A stretch of DNA of 60,849 nt, taken from assembly GCF_004010195.1 (NCBI RefSeq), contig NC_057750.1, positions 4,548,814-4,609,662 on the forward strand, read 5' to 3'. The notes beneath the pieces were generated by a model. It ran no database searches and was not told where the DNA came from. It worked only from the letters and a program-made list of their open reading frames with translations. The position numbers and the translations under genes are program-made. The stretch is from Chiloscyllium plagiosum. Its lineage: Eukaryota. Shown piece by piece: positions 24,071-35,540 of this stretch; the first letter of the stretch is position 1; the number at the start of each line of letters is the position of its first letter.

Positions 24071-24300
24071 CTGGAAGGTCCCACAAGCAGCAATGAGAAC
24101 AAACGACCAGCTGGGGAGACGAACCTAAGCAGAGGAAGATCCCACAAGCAGCATCGGGGATAACGGGCAGCTGGGGAAGAGGAACCTGAGCACAGGAAGA
24201 TCCCACAAGCCGCATCGGGGATGACGACCAGCTGGGGAGAGGAACCTGAGCACAGGAAGATCTCACAAGCTGCTTCGGGGATAACGGCCAGCTGGGGAGG
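24071..24300. repeat. About 4 diverged ~60-bp tandem units
   Basis: cagctggggagaggaacctgagcacaggaagatcccacaagc recurs about every 60 bp. Confidence 0.85.
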
Positions 24301-24399
24301 GGGGTGGGGATTTATCCTGTTTAAGCAAAAGGCCGAGCCTGAGTCCATCAGCATTTAGAAAGGTGAGTGACGGGGGAGTTAACGGGGCAGATGCTGAGA

Positions 24400-24535
24400 T
24401 AAAATAAAGAACCGTAGAAGCTGGAAATCCGAAACTTAAACCAGGAATTTGTCGGACAGGCTCAGCAGGTCTGGCAGCATCTGTGGGGGGGGAGAAAGTG
24501 AAGTTCATGTTTCAGCTCCAGTGACCCTCTATCAA
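24400..24535 (-). mobile_element. Old PLE relic
   Basis: gctggaaatcc...ctcagcaggtctggcagcatctgtgg...gtttcagctccagtgaccct. Confidence 0.6.
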
Positions 24536-24970
24536 TTACTGAGGGTATGTCTCCCCTCCTGGAAGAGGCTGGAACTGGGGGCACTGTTTAGAAAGCGGGG
24601 GCTCCCATTCAAGAAAACAGTGAGGAGGAATGTTGCTGTCGTACGGTCCATGGGGCACATTCCCCTGGGAGAGGCGGGGGCGGGGTCCCTGAGCTTTATT
24701 ATGGCTGACGAAGATAGACTTTGCAAATCAGTTTCTCCAGTGTCACTGAAAATCCTGCAACTCCCTCCCTAACCAGCACTGCGGGTGTCCCGACAGAACA
24801 TGGACTGCAGCCGTTCAAGAGGACAGCTCAATGATCTAGAAAGCACAGCCTGCCTTGGCATCCTCAGGAGGCTAAGAAAATTCAGCATGTCTATAAAGAC
24901 TCTTACCCATGGTTTACAGCTGCATGACAGAGTGGTATAGAACTGCTCTGCCCTGGACTGTAAAAAACTA

Positions 24971-25165
24971 CTAGTCATTCTGCTATAACACATATTTCAT
25001 CAACGTGTATTCACTGTGATGTATTGGGGATGCTGTTTCTTCAGCGCAAACTTTTAAAATGAGTGTTAGTTGTAACACGATGATATCACCAACACTTTAA
25101 GCACTGATTCTAAATCGCGATTTTAAATAACACAGGATTGCAACCATCGCACGAGAGAAGAACTG
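24971..25165. mobile_element. pogo/Tigger-like MITE
   Basis: Flanked by TA dinucleotides; degenerate ends (agtcattctgctataac ... gagaagaactg); interrupts Rex1; related to 28435-28590. Confidence 0.5.
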
Positions 25166-25244
25166 TACCAAGAGTTAGGAACACATCTCAGCCCATTAAG
25201 CTAACCCAGCTTTCCATTCACTGGTTCCATCAACACTTCTCAGT

Positions 25245-25462
25245 TCCTAGGGAAGACATGGAAATGTGTTGCTGGAAAAGCGCAGCAGGTCAGGCAGCAT
25301 CTAGGGAACAGGAGAATCGACGTTTCGGGCATTAGCCCTTCCCGAAACGTCGATTCTCCTGTTCCCTAGATGCTGCCTGACCTGCTGCGCTTTTCCAGCA
25401 ACACATTTCCATCTCTGATCTTCAGCATCTGCAGACCTCACTTTCTCCTCCTAGGGAAGACA
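25245..25462. mobile_element. PLE-derived fold-back (family A) with 14-bp target-site duplication
   Basis: tcctagggaagaca at 25245-25258 and 25449-25462; ~70-bp essentially perfect inverted arms at about 25258-25329 and 25341-25412. Confidence 0.9.
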
Positions 25463-25468
25463 GCCAGT

Positions 25469-25674
25469 GTAATCAAAGTTAAAAATCACACAACACCAGG
25501 TTATAGTCCAACAGGTTTATTTGGAAGCAGATGATTGTGCCTGATGAAGGAGCAGCGCTCTGAAAGCTGGTGCTTCCAAATAAAGCTGTTGGACTGTAAC
25601 CTGGTGTTGTGTGATTTTTAACTTTGCCCACCGCAGTCCAACACCAGTGTCTCCAAATTAAAGCGTAATCAAAG
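25469..25674. mobile_element. PLE-derived fold-back (family B) with 10-bp target-site duplication and hammerhead core at 25538-25573
   Basis: gtaatcaaag at 25469-25478 and 25665-25674; CTGATGA-a-ggagc-agc-gctct-GAAA-gctg. Confidence 0.85.
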
Positions 25675-26577
25675 ACCATTCCCATCTGGTTATAAATCTC
25701 TTGCAACTTCTTCTGTCAGGCAGAAGATACAGAAGCTTAAACACACGTACGAACAGATTGAAGAACAGCTTCTTCCCCGCTGTTATTAAACTGGAGAATG
25801 GAACTCTCCAATTTAAATGTTGACCTCACTCTTTATGCACCTTCTCTGCATTGCTCACTATCACCCTGGTGCAGTTTGTATATGATCTGCCTGGTACTAC
25901 ATGCAAAACCCAACTTTTCACTGTATGTGTGACAATAATAAACCAAAAATCAAAAGTACCATCTTCTCAAGGGGGCAATTAGGGACGGGTAATAAATGCT
26001 GGCCCAGTCAGTGACACCCAAGTCAGGTTAATGACTGATTTTCTCCGCATTTCTGATGAGAAGATTTGGTTGAGAGTGAGGCACAGTGGAGCATAAATAT
26101 TGACTCAAGTTGCTGGCTGTGAGAATCACTCAGGTATATGCAATGGGCCTCAACTTAACATATCCTCTGAAATGATGGCATCCCTGACAGTGCAGCACAC
26201 CCTCCGGCACTGACTTCAGGAGCATCAGGCTGCATTGAAACAGCACATACACAATACTATACCGAAGGCTGAAATAGACAGATTCAGTTGCACAGAGAGG
26301 CCAAAATGTGAGAAATGTCAGATCAGCCATGATCCTACTGAATAGCAGAGCAGGTTCGAGGGGCTGAATGGCCTCCTCCTGCTTTTTATGGTCTTACTGT
26401 GCTTCCTTGGGTTGTACAGTGGCCCAGTGGCTTGCACTGTTGCCTCACAGCGCCAAGGACACAGCCTCAGGCAACTGCTTGTGTGGAGTTTGCACGTTCT
26501 CCCAGTCTCTGTTCAAGGGACAACTGGGAATGGGTAACAAATACCAGCCTTACTAATGGCAGCCAGCTCACAAGTAG

Positions 26578-26890
26578 TGGCGCAATAGTTCAGTGGTTAG
26601 CACTGCTGCCTCACAGCGCCAGGGACCCGGGTTCGATTCCAGCCTCGGGTGACTGTCTGTGTGGAGTTTGCACATTCTCCCGTGTCTGCGTGGGTTTCCT
26701 CCGGGTGCTCCGGTTTCCTCCCACACTCACAAAGATGTGCAGGTCAGGGTGAATTGCCCATGCCAAATTGACCATTAGTGTTCAGGGATGCTTAGGTTAG
26801 CCGTGGGAAATACAGGGCTATGGGTGGGTTGCTCTTCAGAGGGTCAGTATGGAATCGATGGGCCTGCTTCCACACTGCAGGGTTTCTCTG
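26578..26890 (+). mobile_element. HE1-like V-SINE (a second fragment lies at 26415-26500)
   Basis: cagtggttagcactgctgcctcacagcgccagggacccgggttcgattcc and V domain. Confidence 0.9.
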
Positions 26891-27574
26891 AGATAGCTAT
26901 TTGCGATGGGGCATCACGCACAGACACATCAGGAGCCTGGGCTGGTGATGCATTTCGGAATTCTGATTGGAAAAGGGCTGGGTTTTACTGCATCCACAGC
27001 TGCTCTGAACCAACAGCTCCTTAGCTCACAGCCCAGTGCAAGCCCCCAGTGGGAGGTTCCACCCTCCCGATCATTCATGTGTACAACCTGCCTCAGCAGC
27101 TGCAAAGCAAGCAGTTTCATCAGTTCTTTCTTCAAAAGCAAGTCCAACAACTTTCTGGCCTCTGGCCAGTGAATAATACCAGTTATAAAATCTTCCCTTT
27201 GCTTACCCCCTCCCCTAAACCACTGTTATCACTTACAATGCCTCTTGAATACACAAGAATCCTGTTTCTCAGCCTGGGACACTGGTCTGCATTCAACAAT
27301 GACTTGCATTTATGAAGCACCTTTTCACATTATACGTTCCCATGGAGCCTCTCTCTTCCCAAAGGGAAAAAAGCTATTGAACAAAATTTCACACCAAGCT
27401 ATGTGAGGAAACCTTGGGGATTTGTGGAGGGGAGAGTGTGGCATAGATAAGCAATGGGAAGGAGGGAGGAGGTCAATGGGAAGGAGGGAGGTTGCACCAG
27501 AGTTATCACCCAGCCACTGGACAATAAGGGGGAGCATGTGCGTTATTATCTCCAACCAGGGGTAAGATAGTAAG

Positions 27575-27689
27575 GACTGAGTGATGACTGCAGATCAGAG
27601 GAGAGAGAGTGTTGCTGGAAAAGCACAGCAGGTCAGGCAGCATCCGAGGAGCAGAAGAATCGACATTTCGGGCAAAAGCCCCTCAGGAC
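27575..27689 (-). mobile_element. PLE relic (family A)
   Basis: gttgctggaaaagcacagcaggtcaggcagcatccgagg...tttcgggcaaaagcccctcagga (core partly deleted). Confidence 0.75.
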
Positions 27690-27745
27690 ACACCGGCCGG
27701 GGTCCCTCTGCTCTGCCTGTTCTTTTCCTCCCTCTCTCTCCAGCC

Positions 27746-28205
27746 ACTGACACCCCGCCCCCAGACCCCTGACACACTGCCCCCAGACCCCTGACACACT
27801 GCCCCAGGCCCCCGACACACTGCCCCAGGCCCCTGCCCCTGACACCCTGCCCCAACCCCCTNNNNNNNNNNNNNNNNNNNNNNNNNNNNNNNNNNNNNNN
27901 NNNNNNNNNNNNNNNNNNNNNNNNNNNNNNNNNNNNNNNNNNNNNNNNNNNNNNNNNNNNNNNNNNNNNNNNNNNNNNNNNNNNNNNNNNNNNNNNNNNN
28001 NNNNNNNNNNNNNNNNNNNNNNNNNNNNNNNNNNNNNNNNNNNNNNNNNNNNNNNNNNNNNNNNNNNNNNNNNNNNNNNNNNNNNNNNNNNNNNNNNNNN
28101 NNNNNNNNNNNNNNNNTGACACCCCGCCCCCAGGCACAACCCCTGACACCCTGCCCCAAACCCCTGACACCCCGCCCCCAGCCCCTGACACCCCGCCCCC
28201 AGCCC
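27746..28205. repeat. C-rich ~22-bp minisatellite spanning an assembly gap
   Basis: ccctgacaccctgcccca-type units on both sides of the N run. Confidence 0.85.
27862..28116. other. Assembly gap (255 N)
   Basis: Run of N. Confidence 1.
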
Positions 28206-28434
28206 CGAAGCAGGGCCGGCAGCTGGTGGTGAGACTGTGGAGGGGTCCCGTGCTGCGGACAGCACTGGGAGAGAGACTGTGATGCTTGTCTTTCCAACTT
28301 TGATTACACGGAGTGTCGCTGTCAGGTAACTTTTTGTTTTCCTTCATTTCTCTCTTCTGCAACTGAGGATTGTACCTAAGATGGAGCGACTTGTAAACCT
28401 TACACTGTACTCATTTAGAGTACGTGTGACAATT

Positions 28435-28590
28435 CAGGCCTTACTGCTGTAACGCGCGTTTCGTCAGCGCAAATTGGCTATAACGCGATTGACGAATTGT
28501 GGATGCGTTTGGCAAACGCAAACTTGCTGCCGAATGGGTACAGCGATTGTAAAGGGGTGCACAACTGTTGCTTTATCACAGACCGACTCG
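28435..28590. mobile_element. pogo/Tigger-like MITE fragment
   Basis: ctgctgtaacgcgcgtttcgtcagcgcaaattggctataacgcg resembles the left end of 24971-25165. Confidence 0.45.
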
Positions 28591-29019
28591 TGAATCTGAT
28601 TCAATTCCTCGTCGCTGTTTGTGGGGGCTTGCTGTCACAATGCGGCCATGTGTCTTGCATCGCAGTGGTGACACCTCCCCCCCCCCCCCCCAAATCAGCT
28701 GTAAAACCCTTTGGAACATCGCAGAAAGGTGCTACATAAACACAGACTCGCTTCTTTAAAGAGTTCTGTGACTGGCCGAGAGGAACAAATACCAAGGGGG
28801 CAGAGTACCCCTGCCCTCCGACTACCGGAGTCTCCGAACATGAGAAATCCAGAGACATTATCGCCGTCCTGGGGCTCCAAGATGGCGATAGGCAAATCTA
28901 AATCAGACACTGAGTGGAGGGCACCATCACCCCTCACTGAATGGAATTCCACTCCCTGCCCTGACCTCCCCATCGGCCCCCTGCCAACACCGTCCCCCTC
29001 CCACTTTAGCCAGGTCCTT

Positions 29020-29640
29020 TAGGAGAATGTTCAACAAGACCTGGGCCTCCCTGTGCCCTGGTAACTGGAGGTAAACACTGTAGGTGTGGCAGGCAGTGCA
29101 GAAGGTAAAGGGTGCACTGGCCATCATAGTGAGAGGGTCGGAGTACAGGAGCTGGGATGTCTTACTGCAGTTGTACAGGGTCTTGGTGAGGCCACCCCTG
29201 GAGTACTGTGTGCAGTTGTGTTCCCCTTACCTGAGGAAGGAATTTCTGGTGATGGAGGGAGAGCAGTGAGGGGTTACCAGACTGATCCCTGAGATGACAG
29301 GACTGAGGCATGGAGCGATACTGGATCCATTAGGATTGTATTCACGGGAGTCTAGACGAATGGTGGAGGGGCACAGGAAACCTGATGGGAACTAAACAAC
29401 TCTAACACGACAGCGGAAAACACAGGAGGGACGTTCTCAGCGACCGGGGAGTCCAGGGTCAGGGGTCACAGTCTCGCGATACAGGGTAAACCATTTGGGA
29501 CTGAGATGAGGAGAAATGTCTTCACCCAGAGACTGGGGGAACCAGAAAGCTGTCGAGGCTAAAACCGCTGAATGTTTTCCAGAAGGATATAGATATAGTT
29601 TTTTGGGGGCTAAAGGGAAAAATTGGGAGCACAGGACTGT
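29020..29640 (+). mobile_element. CR1 LINE 3' fragment
   Basis: LLQLYRVLVRPPLEYCVQLCSPYLRKE; gagatgaggagaaatgtcttcacccagaga. Confidence 0.8.
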
Positions 29641-29930
29641 ATCATAGAATCCCTACAGCGTGGAAGCAAGTCATTCAGCCCATCGAGTCCACACTGACAC
29701 CTCAGAAACCATCCCACACAGACCCACTCCTCTACCCTATCCATGTAGCCATGGATTTCCCATGGCCAATCCAACCCACTCACTGCTGGACTATGAGAGG
29801 AAACCGGAGCAAACCTAGAATGAGACGGGGACAATGTGCAAACTCCACGCAGACAGTCACCCGAGGCAGGAATTGAACCCGGGTCCCTGGCGCTGTGAGG
29901 CAGCAGTGCTAACCACTGAGTCACCGTGTT
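29640..29930 (-). mobile_element. HE1-like V-SINE
   Basis: Reverse head gaattgaacccgggtccctggcgctgtgaggcagcagtgctaaccactgag. Confidence 0.85.
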
Positions 29931-29984
29931 GGGTGATCTGCCAGTGAATGGCCTGCTCTTGTTCCTATTTCAAAAAAACAAAAG

Positions 29985-30560
29985 AACTAAAGGGAAGTGC
30001 AGCCCAGGAACAGGCCCTTCGGCCCTCTGAGGCTGTGCTGATCTTCATGCCCTAACTAAACTAAAAGACAAGCCGTCTGCCCTTATTCGGTCCGTATCCC
30101 TCTGTTCCCACCCTATTCATGTAACCATCCAGATGCCTCTTAAATGTCACCAATGTTCCTACCTCCCCCAGCTCTTCTGGCAATGCTGTCCAGGCTCCTG
30201 CCACTCCCTGCGTACAAACCTTCCCTCGCACACCTCCCTTAAACTTGCCCCCCTCTCACCTTGTACTTGTTCCACCTAGCAATTGAAACTTTCACCCTGG
30301 GATAAAGCCTCTGACTATCCACCCTATCGATGCCTCTCATAATTTCTAGACCTCTATCAGGTCTCATCTTAGCCTCTGTGTTTCCAGTGAAAACAATCCT
30401 TGTCTTTTTAACCTTTCCTCACAGCCAGTGACCTCGAGACCAGGCACCATCCTGGGGAAGCTTCTCTGCACTCTCTCCAAAACTTCCACGTCCTTCTGGT
30501 GGTGCAGCACACAATACCCCCCAATGCGGCCTAACAAGGGTTTTATTCGGCTGCAATCGT
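29985..30560 (-). mobile_element. CR1 LINE 3' fragment
   Basis: caggaacaggcccttcggccc tail; ccaccctatcgatgcctctcataattt...caccatcctgggg. Confidence 0.75.
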
Positions 30561-30884
30561 TTGCTTTATTTATTTACCATCACAATCTTGCCCCTTCCTC
30601 CACCTCGAGAAGTCACTGTTTGTAATAAAGGGTTATTAAGGCCTGTTTAAAGTTGACAGGAGTCAGAACATTTCCTCTCAGAAGGGATTTGGATATCTAT
30701 GCCACCTCCTTTTCAAGAAGATGCCCTGGAATAAAGCAGCTTCTTGGGAAGGGGGAGGTTGGCCAGGAAGCGATTAGATCAGCTATCACTTATTAAACCC
30801 AGGGCAGGCTTGAGGAGCCAAATCGTCTGCTGCTTTTTTGAAAAGAACTTTGGCCCCTGCACTATCAGCAGCTTCAGTCCAACA

Positions 30885-31040
30885 GAATCTGCATTTATAT
30901 AGTCACTTGGCCGTAGGAAAACATCCCCTGGGCATTTCCCAGGAGAGTCAGCAGAATCTGACTCAGAGCCATGACGGGTGACCCATTAGCTCGGTCAATA
31001 GGCAATCCTGACAGGAAAAAGGAAGAAAGAGTGGTTCAGG
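30885..31040 (-). mobile_element. L2-type LINE 3' remnant
   Basis: Reverse L2-type tail tgcatttatatag...aaaacatccc...ggtgacc...gctcggtcaa running into the G-rich array. Confidence 0.5.
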
Positions 31041-33138
31041 GAGGGAGGCTGTTCCACAGAGCCAGGGCCTGGGTTCAGGGAAGCTGTCCCACAGAGCCAG
31101 GGCCTGGGTTCAGGGAAGCTGTCCCTCAGAGCCAGGGCCTGGGTTCAGGGAGGGAGTCCCACAGAGCCAGGGCCTGGGTTCAGGGAGGGAGGCTGTCCCA
31201 CAGAGCCAGGGCCTGGGTTCAGGGAGGCTGTCCCTCAGAGCAAGGGCCTGGGTTCAGGGAAGGAGGTTGTCCCACAGAGCCAGGGCCCGGGTTCAGGGAG
31301 GTTGTCCCACAGAGCCAGGGCCCGGGTTTAGGGAGGCTGTCCCACAGAACCAGGGCCTGGGTTCAGGGAGGGAGGTTGTCCCACAAAGCCAGGGCCCGGG
31401 TTTAGGGAGGGAGTCCCACAGAGCCAGGGCCTGGGTTCAGGGAGGGAGTCCCACAGAGCCAGGGCCTGGGTTCAGGGAGGGGGGCTGTCCCACAGAGCCA
31501 GGGCCCAGGTTCAGGGGAGGAGTCCCACAGAGCCAGGGCCCGGGTTCAGGGAGGGAGTCCCACAGAGCCAGTGCCCGGGTTCAGGGAAGGAGTCCCACAG
31601 AGCCAGTGCCCGGGTTCAGGGAAGGAGTCCCACAGAGCCAGGGCCCGGGTTCAGGGAGGGAGTCCCTCAGAGAGAGCCAGGGCCCGGGTTCAGGGAGGGA
31701 GTCCCACAGAGCCAGGGCCTGGGTTCAGGGAGGGAGGCTGTCCCACAGAGCCAGGGCCTGGGTTCAGGGAGGGAGTCCCACAGAGCCAGGGCCTGGGTTC
31801 AGGGAGGGAGTCCCACAGAGCCAGGGCCTGGGTTCAGGGAGGGAGTCCCACAGAGCCAGGGCCTGGGTTCAGGGAGGGAGTCCCACAGAGCCAGGGCCTG
31901 GGTTCAGGGAGGGAGGTTGTCCCACAGAGCCAGGGCCCGGGTTCAGGGAAGGAGTCCCACAGAGCCAGGGCCCGGGTTCAGGGAAGGAGTCCCACAGAGC
32001 CAGGGCCCGGGTTCAGGGAAGGAGTCCCACAGAGCCAGGGCCCGGGTTCAGGGAAGGAGTCCCACAGAGCCAGGGCCCGGGTTCAGGGAAGGAGTCCCAC
32101 AGAGCCAGGGCCCGGGTTCAGGGAAGGAGTCCCACAGAGCCAGGGCCCGGGTTCAGGGAAGGAGTCCCACAGAGCCAGGGCCCGGGTTCAGGGAGGGAGT
32201 CCCACAGAGCCAGTGCCCGGGTTCAGGGAAGGAGTCCCACAGAGCCAGGGCCCGGGTTCAGGGAAGGAGTCCCACAGAGCCAGGGCCCGGGTTCAGGGAA
32301 GGAGTCCCACAGAGCCAGGGCCCGGGTTCAGGGAAGGAGTCCCACAGAGCCAGGGCCCGGGTTCAGGGAAGGAGTCCCACAGAGCCAGGGCCCGGGTTCA
32401 GGGAAGGAGTCCCACAGAGCCAGGGCCCGGGTTCAGGGAAGGAGTCCCACAGAGCCAGGGCCCGGGTTCAGGGAAGGAGTCCCACAGAGCCAGGGCCCGG
32501 GTTCAGGGAAGGAGTCCCACAGAGCCAGGGCCCGGGTTCAGGGAAGGAGTCCCACAGAGCCAGGGCCCGGGTTCAGGGAAGGAGTCCCACAGAGCCAGGG
32601 CCCGGGTTCAGGGAAGGAGTCCCACAGAGCCAGGGCCCGGGTTCAGGGAAGGAGTCCCACAGAGCCAGGGCCCGGGTTCAGGGAAGGAGTCCCACAGAGC
32701 CAGGGCCCGGGTTCAGGGAAGGAGTCCCACAGAGCCAGGGCCCGGGTTCAGGGAAGGAGTCCCACAGAGCCAGGGCCCGGGTTCAGGGAAGGAGTCCCAC
32801 AGAGCCAGGGCCCGGGTTCAGGGAGGGAGTCCCACAGAGCCAGTGCCCGGGTTCAGGGAAGGAGTCCCACAGAGCCAGGGCCCGGGTTCAGGGAAGGAGT
32901 CCCACAGAGCCAGGGCCCGGGTTCAGGGAAGGAGTCCCACAGAGCCAGGGCCCGGGTTCAGGGAAGGAGTCCCACAGAGCCAGGGCCCGGGTTCAGGGAA
33001 GGAGTCCCACAGAGCCAGGGCCCGGGTTCAGGGAAGGAGTCCCACAGAGCCAGGGCCCGGGTTCAGGGAAGGAGTCCCACAGAGCCAGGGCCCGGGTTCA
33101 GGGAAGGAGTCCCACAGAGCCAGGGCCCGGGTTCAGGG
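31033..33138. repeat. G-rich 35-bp minisatellite, about 60 units
   Basis: gggaaggagtcccacagagccagggcccgggttca; diverged 35/39-bp units on the left, near-perfect from about 31921. Confidence 0.97.
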
Positions 33139-33474
33139 AGAGAAAGCGGGAGAGAGAGCGAGAGAGCTCGAGGTGGTGGGAGGGCACGGAGAGAGAGACA
33201 GAAATAGAGAGAGAAAACACCTAGGGGAGAGAGAAGGTGAAGAGGGCACAGGAGAGAGAACACTAATACAGAGAGAGAAAGAGAGAGAGAGAGAGACAGA
33301 CGGCACATACCAGAGAGAGTGGGCGATTGCCCGAGAGAGAAATGTGAAATCTCAGTGCAGGATGCAGCAGGTGGTGAGAGACCTGAGGCATGTTTCCCCA
33401 GTAGACTGGGAGATTTGTGTTTGAATTGAAGACTGAAAGTTCCAGGCTCAGTAAACACTAGCAATCCCTCTCAC

Positions 33475-33505
<31 letters not shown>

Positions 33506-34169
33506 ATACCTCTGGCCAGCCACTCCCTGTCAATTTCCAGTGGGAATATTAAACAGCTTGAGGGGTGGAGACTAAAATATCTTCCCAGTCTAATTGCATT
33601 CATACATTTTAGAAAATGAAGTCTCCAAGTTGTTACTAACTCGCTTCTTTTAAAAAAAATACGTATCAAATTCTTAGATGTGAAAGGAAATACCTTTCTG
33701 CTTGGCCAGTTCCTACAATCTGCAAATTCAATTTCCCGAAATACGATGTACATTTCAGCATTGGTTACTGAAGTTGGCTTTTCAATATTTGTAAATGGAG
33801 GGGGAGGGGGTGGGGGTGGGGGGGGGGGAGAGCTACAGACAACTTGTATCACTCCTTCATAAATGAGCAGCCTTCTCCCGATCGATCCATTACAGAAACA
33901 AATCAATTTCCCCCTGAGTGGGGCTTTTGTGGGGGAGGGTGACATCTAGAACGGGGGGGATCAAACAAGAGAGAGTTTTGAATCTCTAATTTTCACACAC
34001 AGACTGCCGAGTGTATACCACCCCAAACCCTTCAGCCTCTCTCCCCCACCCCACAACAACCAAAATAAAATCGCTGCATCACACACACACAGCGAGACCA
34101 ACTGCCTGTGTTGTGGTGAGGTGTGTGTATCTGGGGGAGGGGGGGTGGATTTTAGATAGAAATCCAGGC

Positions 34170-34395
34170 AAAAGACACAGATAGACACACACAGAGAAAC
34201 AGACAGATCGACACAGACACGCACAGACAGACACTCAGAGATAGATACAGAGACACGTAGACACAGTCACACACAGACAGATACACAGAGACGGACACAC
34301 ACACATACACAGATAGATACAGAGAGACGTATACATACAGATAGACACAGCCACATGCGCGCACACACAGAGAGAAATAGACACACACAGATAGA
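34170..34395. repeat. Degenerate (CA/GACA)n repeat
   Basis: acacagatagacacacacagag-type units. Confidence 0.85.
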
Positions 34396-34765
34396 GCAAA
34401 ACTGTACACAGTACTCCAGGACTGCAACCTATACAGCTGCAGCATAACCTCCCAGTTTTTAAACTTCATCCCTCTAGCAATGAAGGACAATATTCTATTC
34501 TCCTTCCTAATTACCTGCTGCAGCTGCAAACCAACCTTTTGTGATTCATGCACAAGGATACCCAGGTCTCTCTGCACAACAGCCTGCTGCAATTTTGCAC
34601 TATTTAAATAATAGTCCATTTTGCTGTTATTCCTACCAAAATGGATGACCTCACATTTACCAGCATTGTACTCTCCATCTGCTAGACCTTTGTCCACTCA
34701 CTTAATCTAACTATATCCCTCTGCAGACTTTCAATGTCCTGTGCACACTTTGATCTCTGACTCAT
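34395..34765 (-). mobile_element. CR1 LINE internal fragment
   Basis: YNAGKCEVIHFGRNN...QRDLGILVHESQKV...VMLQLYR. Confidence 0.85.
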
Positions 34766-35090
34766 CATAGTGTCATTGTTTCATTGTAAGTATGACTCTA
34801 ATTGGCATTTTAAGACAGAAATAGTGAGGGCCTGCACTGTGTATGCTCCAACATGTTGTATTGTCAATAGAGATAAACACGCAGATGGAATGGATGAGCC
34901 CTCCCCCATCTCTCTCTATCTCTCTCTCTTTCCCGCCTTCTCTAGTGCCCCTCTCTTTCCCCCTCTCTCTCTGTCCCGCTCTCTCTCTGTCCCCCCCTCT
35001 CTCTGCCCCCCCCCGATCTCTCCCCCTCCCTCTCTCCCCCCCCTCCCCTTTCTCCCTCTATTCCCGTACAGATGTATAGCTCAGACTTAC

Positions 35091-35340
35091 TGGTGCGTTC
35101 AGGAGGCTCTTGGTCCCTTCTCCAGCCCCTCCTGGAAACATCCACAAGGGTCGGTGCTGGCTGTCTTGTGCGCGAGGTGGGTGAGTGGGAGGGGGTGTTA
35201 TATCCTGCCCCCTCCCCAGCCAGGATCCAGATCTTTTCCTTTCCCGTGCTGAGGCTGTAATGTTTCCCCTTGCTGTATCTCTGTCTCTGGTATATCCTTC
35301 CCCACTCCGCCACACTCGCTCCCAGAGCCCGCACAAGTTA
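35091..35340 (-). other. Candidate first exon of an unidentified gene
   Basis: Non-repetitive, CpG-retaining sequence directly below promoter motifs, ending at CCA|GTAAGT (35085-35090). First ATG at 35141 gives MFPGGAGEGTKSLLNAP in weak Kozak context. Start site is a guess. Confidence 0.4.
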
Positions 35341-35354
35341 CAATGCAGCACAGG

Positions 35355-35475
35355 CGCCAGTCTCCAATCCTTAATCCACCTCCCGCCTCCGCCTCCTTCT
35401 CCATTGGTCTACTCTCTCATTAAAATGTAAATACCGTACCAGCCCTCCATTGGTCACCTCCAACGTCAATCATAC
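35355..35475 (-). promoter_or_regulatory. Promoter-like motif cluster: two CCAAT boxes, GC boxes, half CRE
   Basis: ctccattggtc at 35399-35409 and 35445-35455 (GACCAATGGAG on minus); ccacctcccgcctccgcctcc at 35376-35396; acgtca at about 35463. Confidence 0.5.
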
Positions 35476-35540
35476 GTTACAATCGCAAGGAAGAGGCCAT
35501 TCGGCCCCTTATAGTCTGTGCTGTCATTCAGTAAGAATGT

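Larger units (their letters stand above)
24835..25950 (+). mobile_element. Rex1/Babar LINE 3' fragment split by three nested insertions
   Basis: Pieces translate to LRRLRKF, IKDHSHL and LLSGRRYRSLNTRTNRLKNSFFP; tail cttttcactgtatgtgtgacaataa. Confidence 0.8.

Noticed and set aside
26929..27190. Leucine-rich minus-strand ORF (KLLDLLLKKELMKLL)
   Set aside because: No recognisable family and no convincing splice sites.
27595..28362. ORFs spanning the N gap
   Set aside because: Artefacts of the gap and the C-rich minisatellite.
31267..33424. Long ORFs of 435-646 aa
   Set aside because: They are translations of a stop-free 35-bp repeat that is open in all three plus frames; no domain or gene structure.
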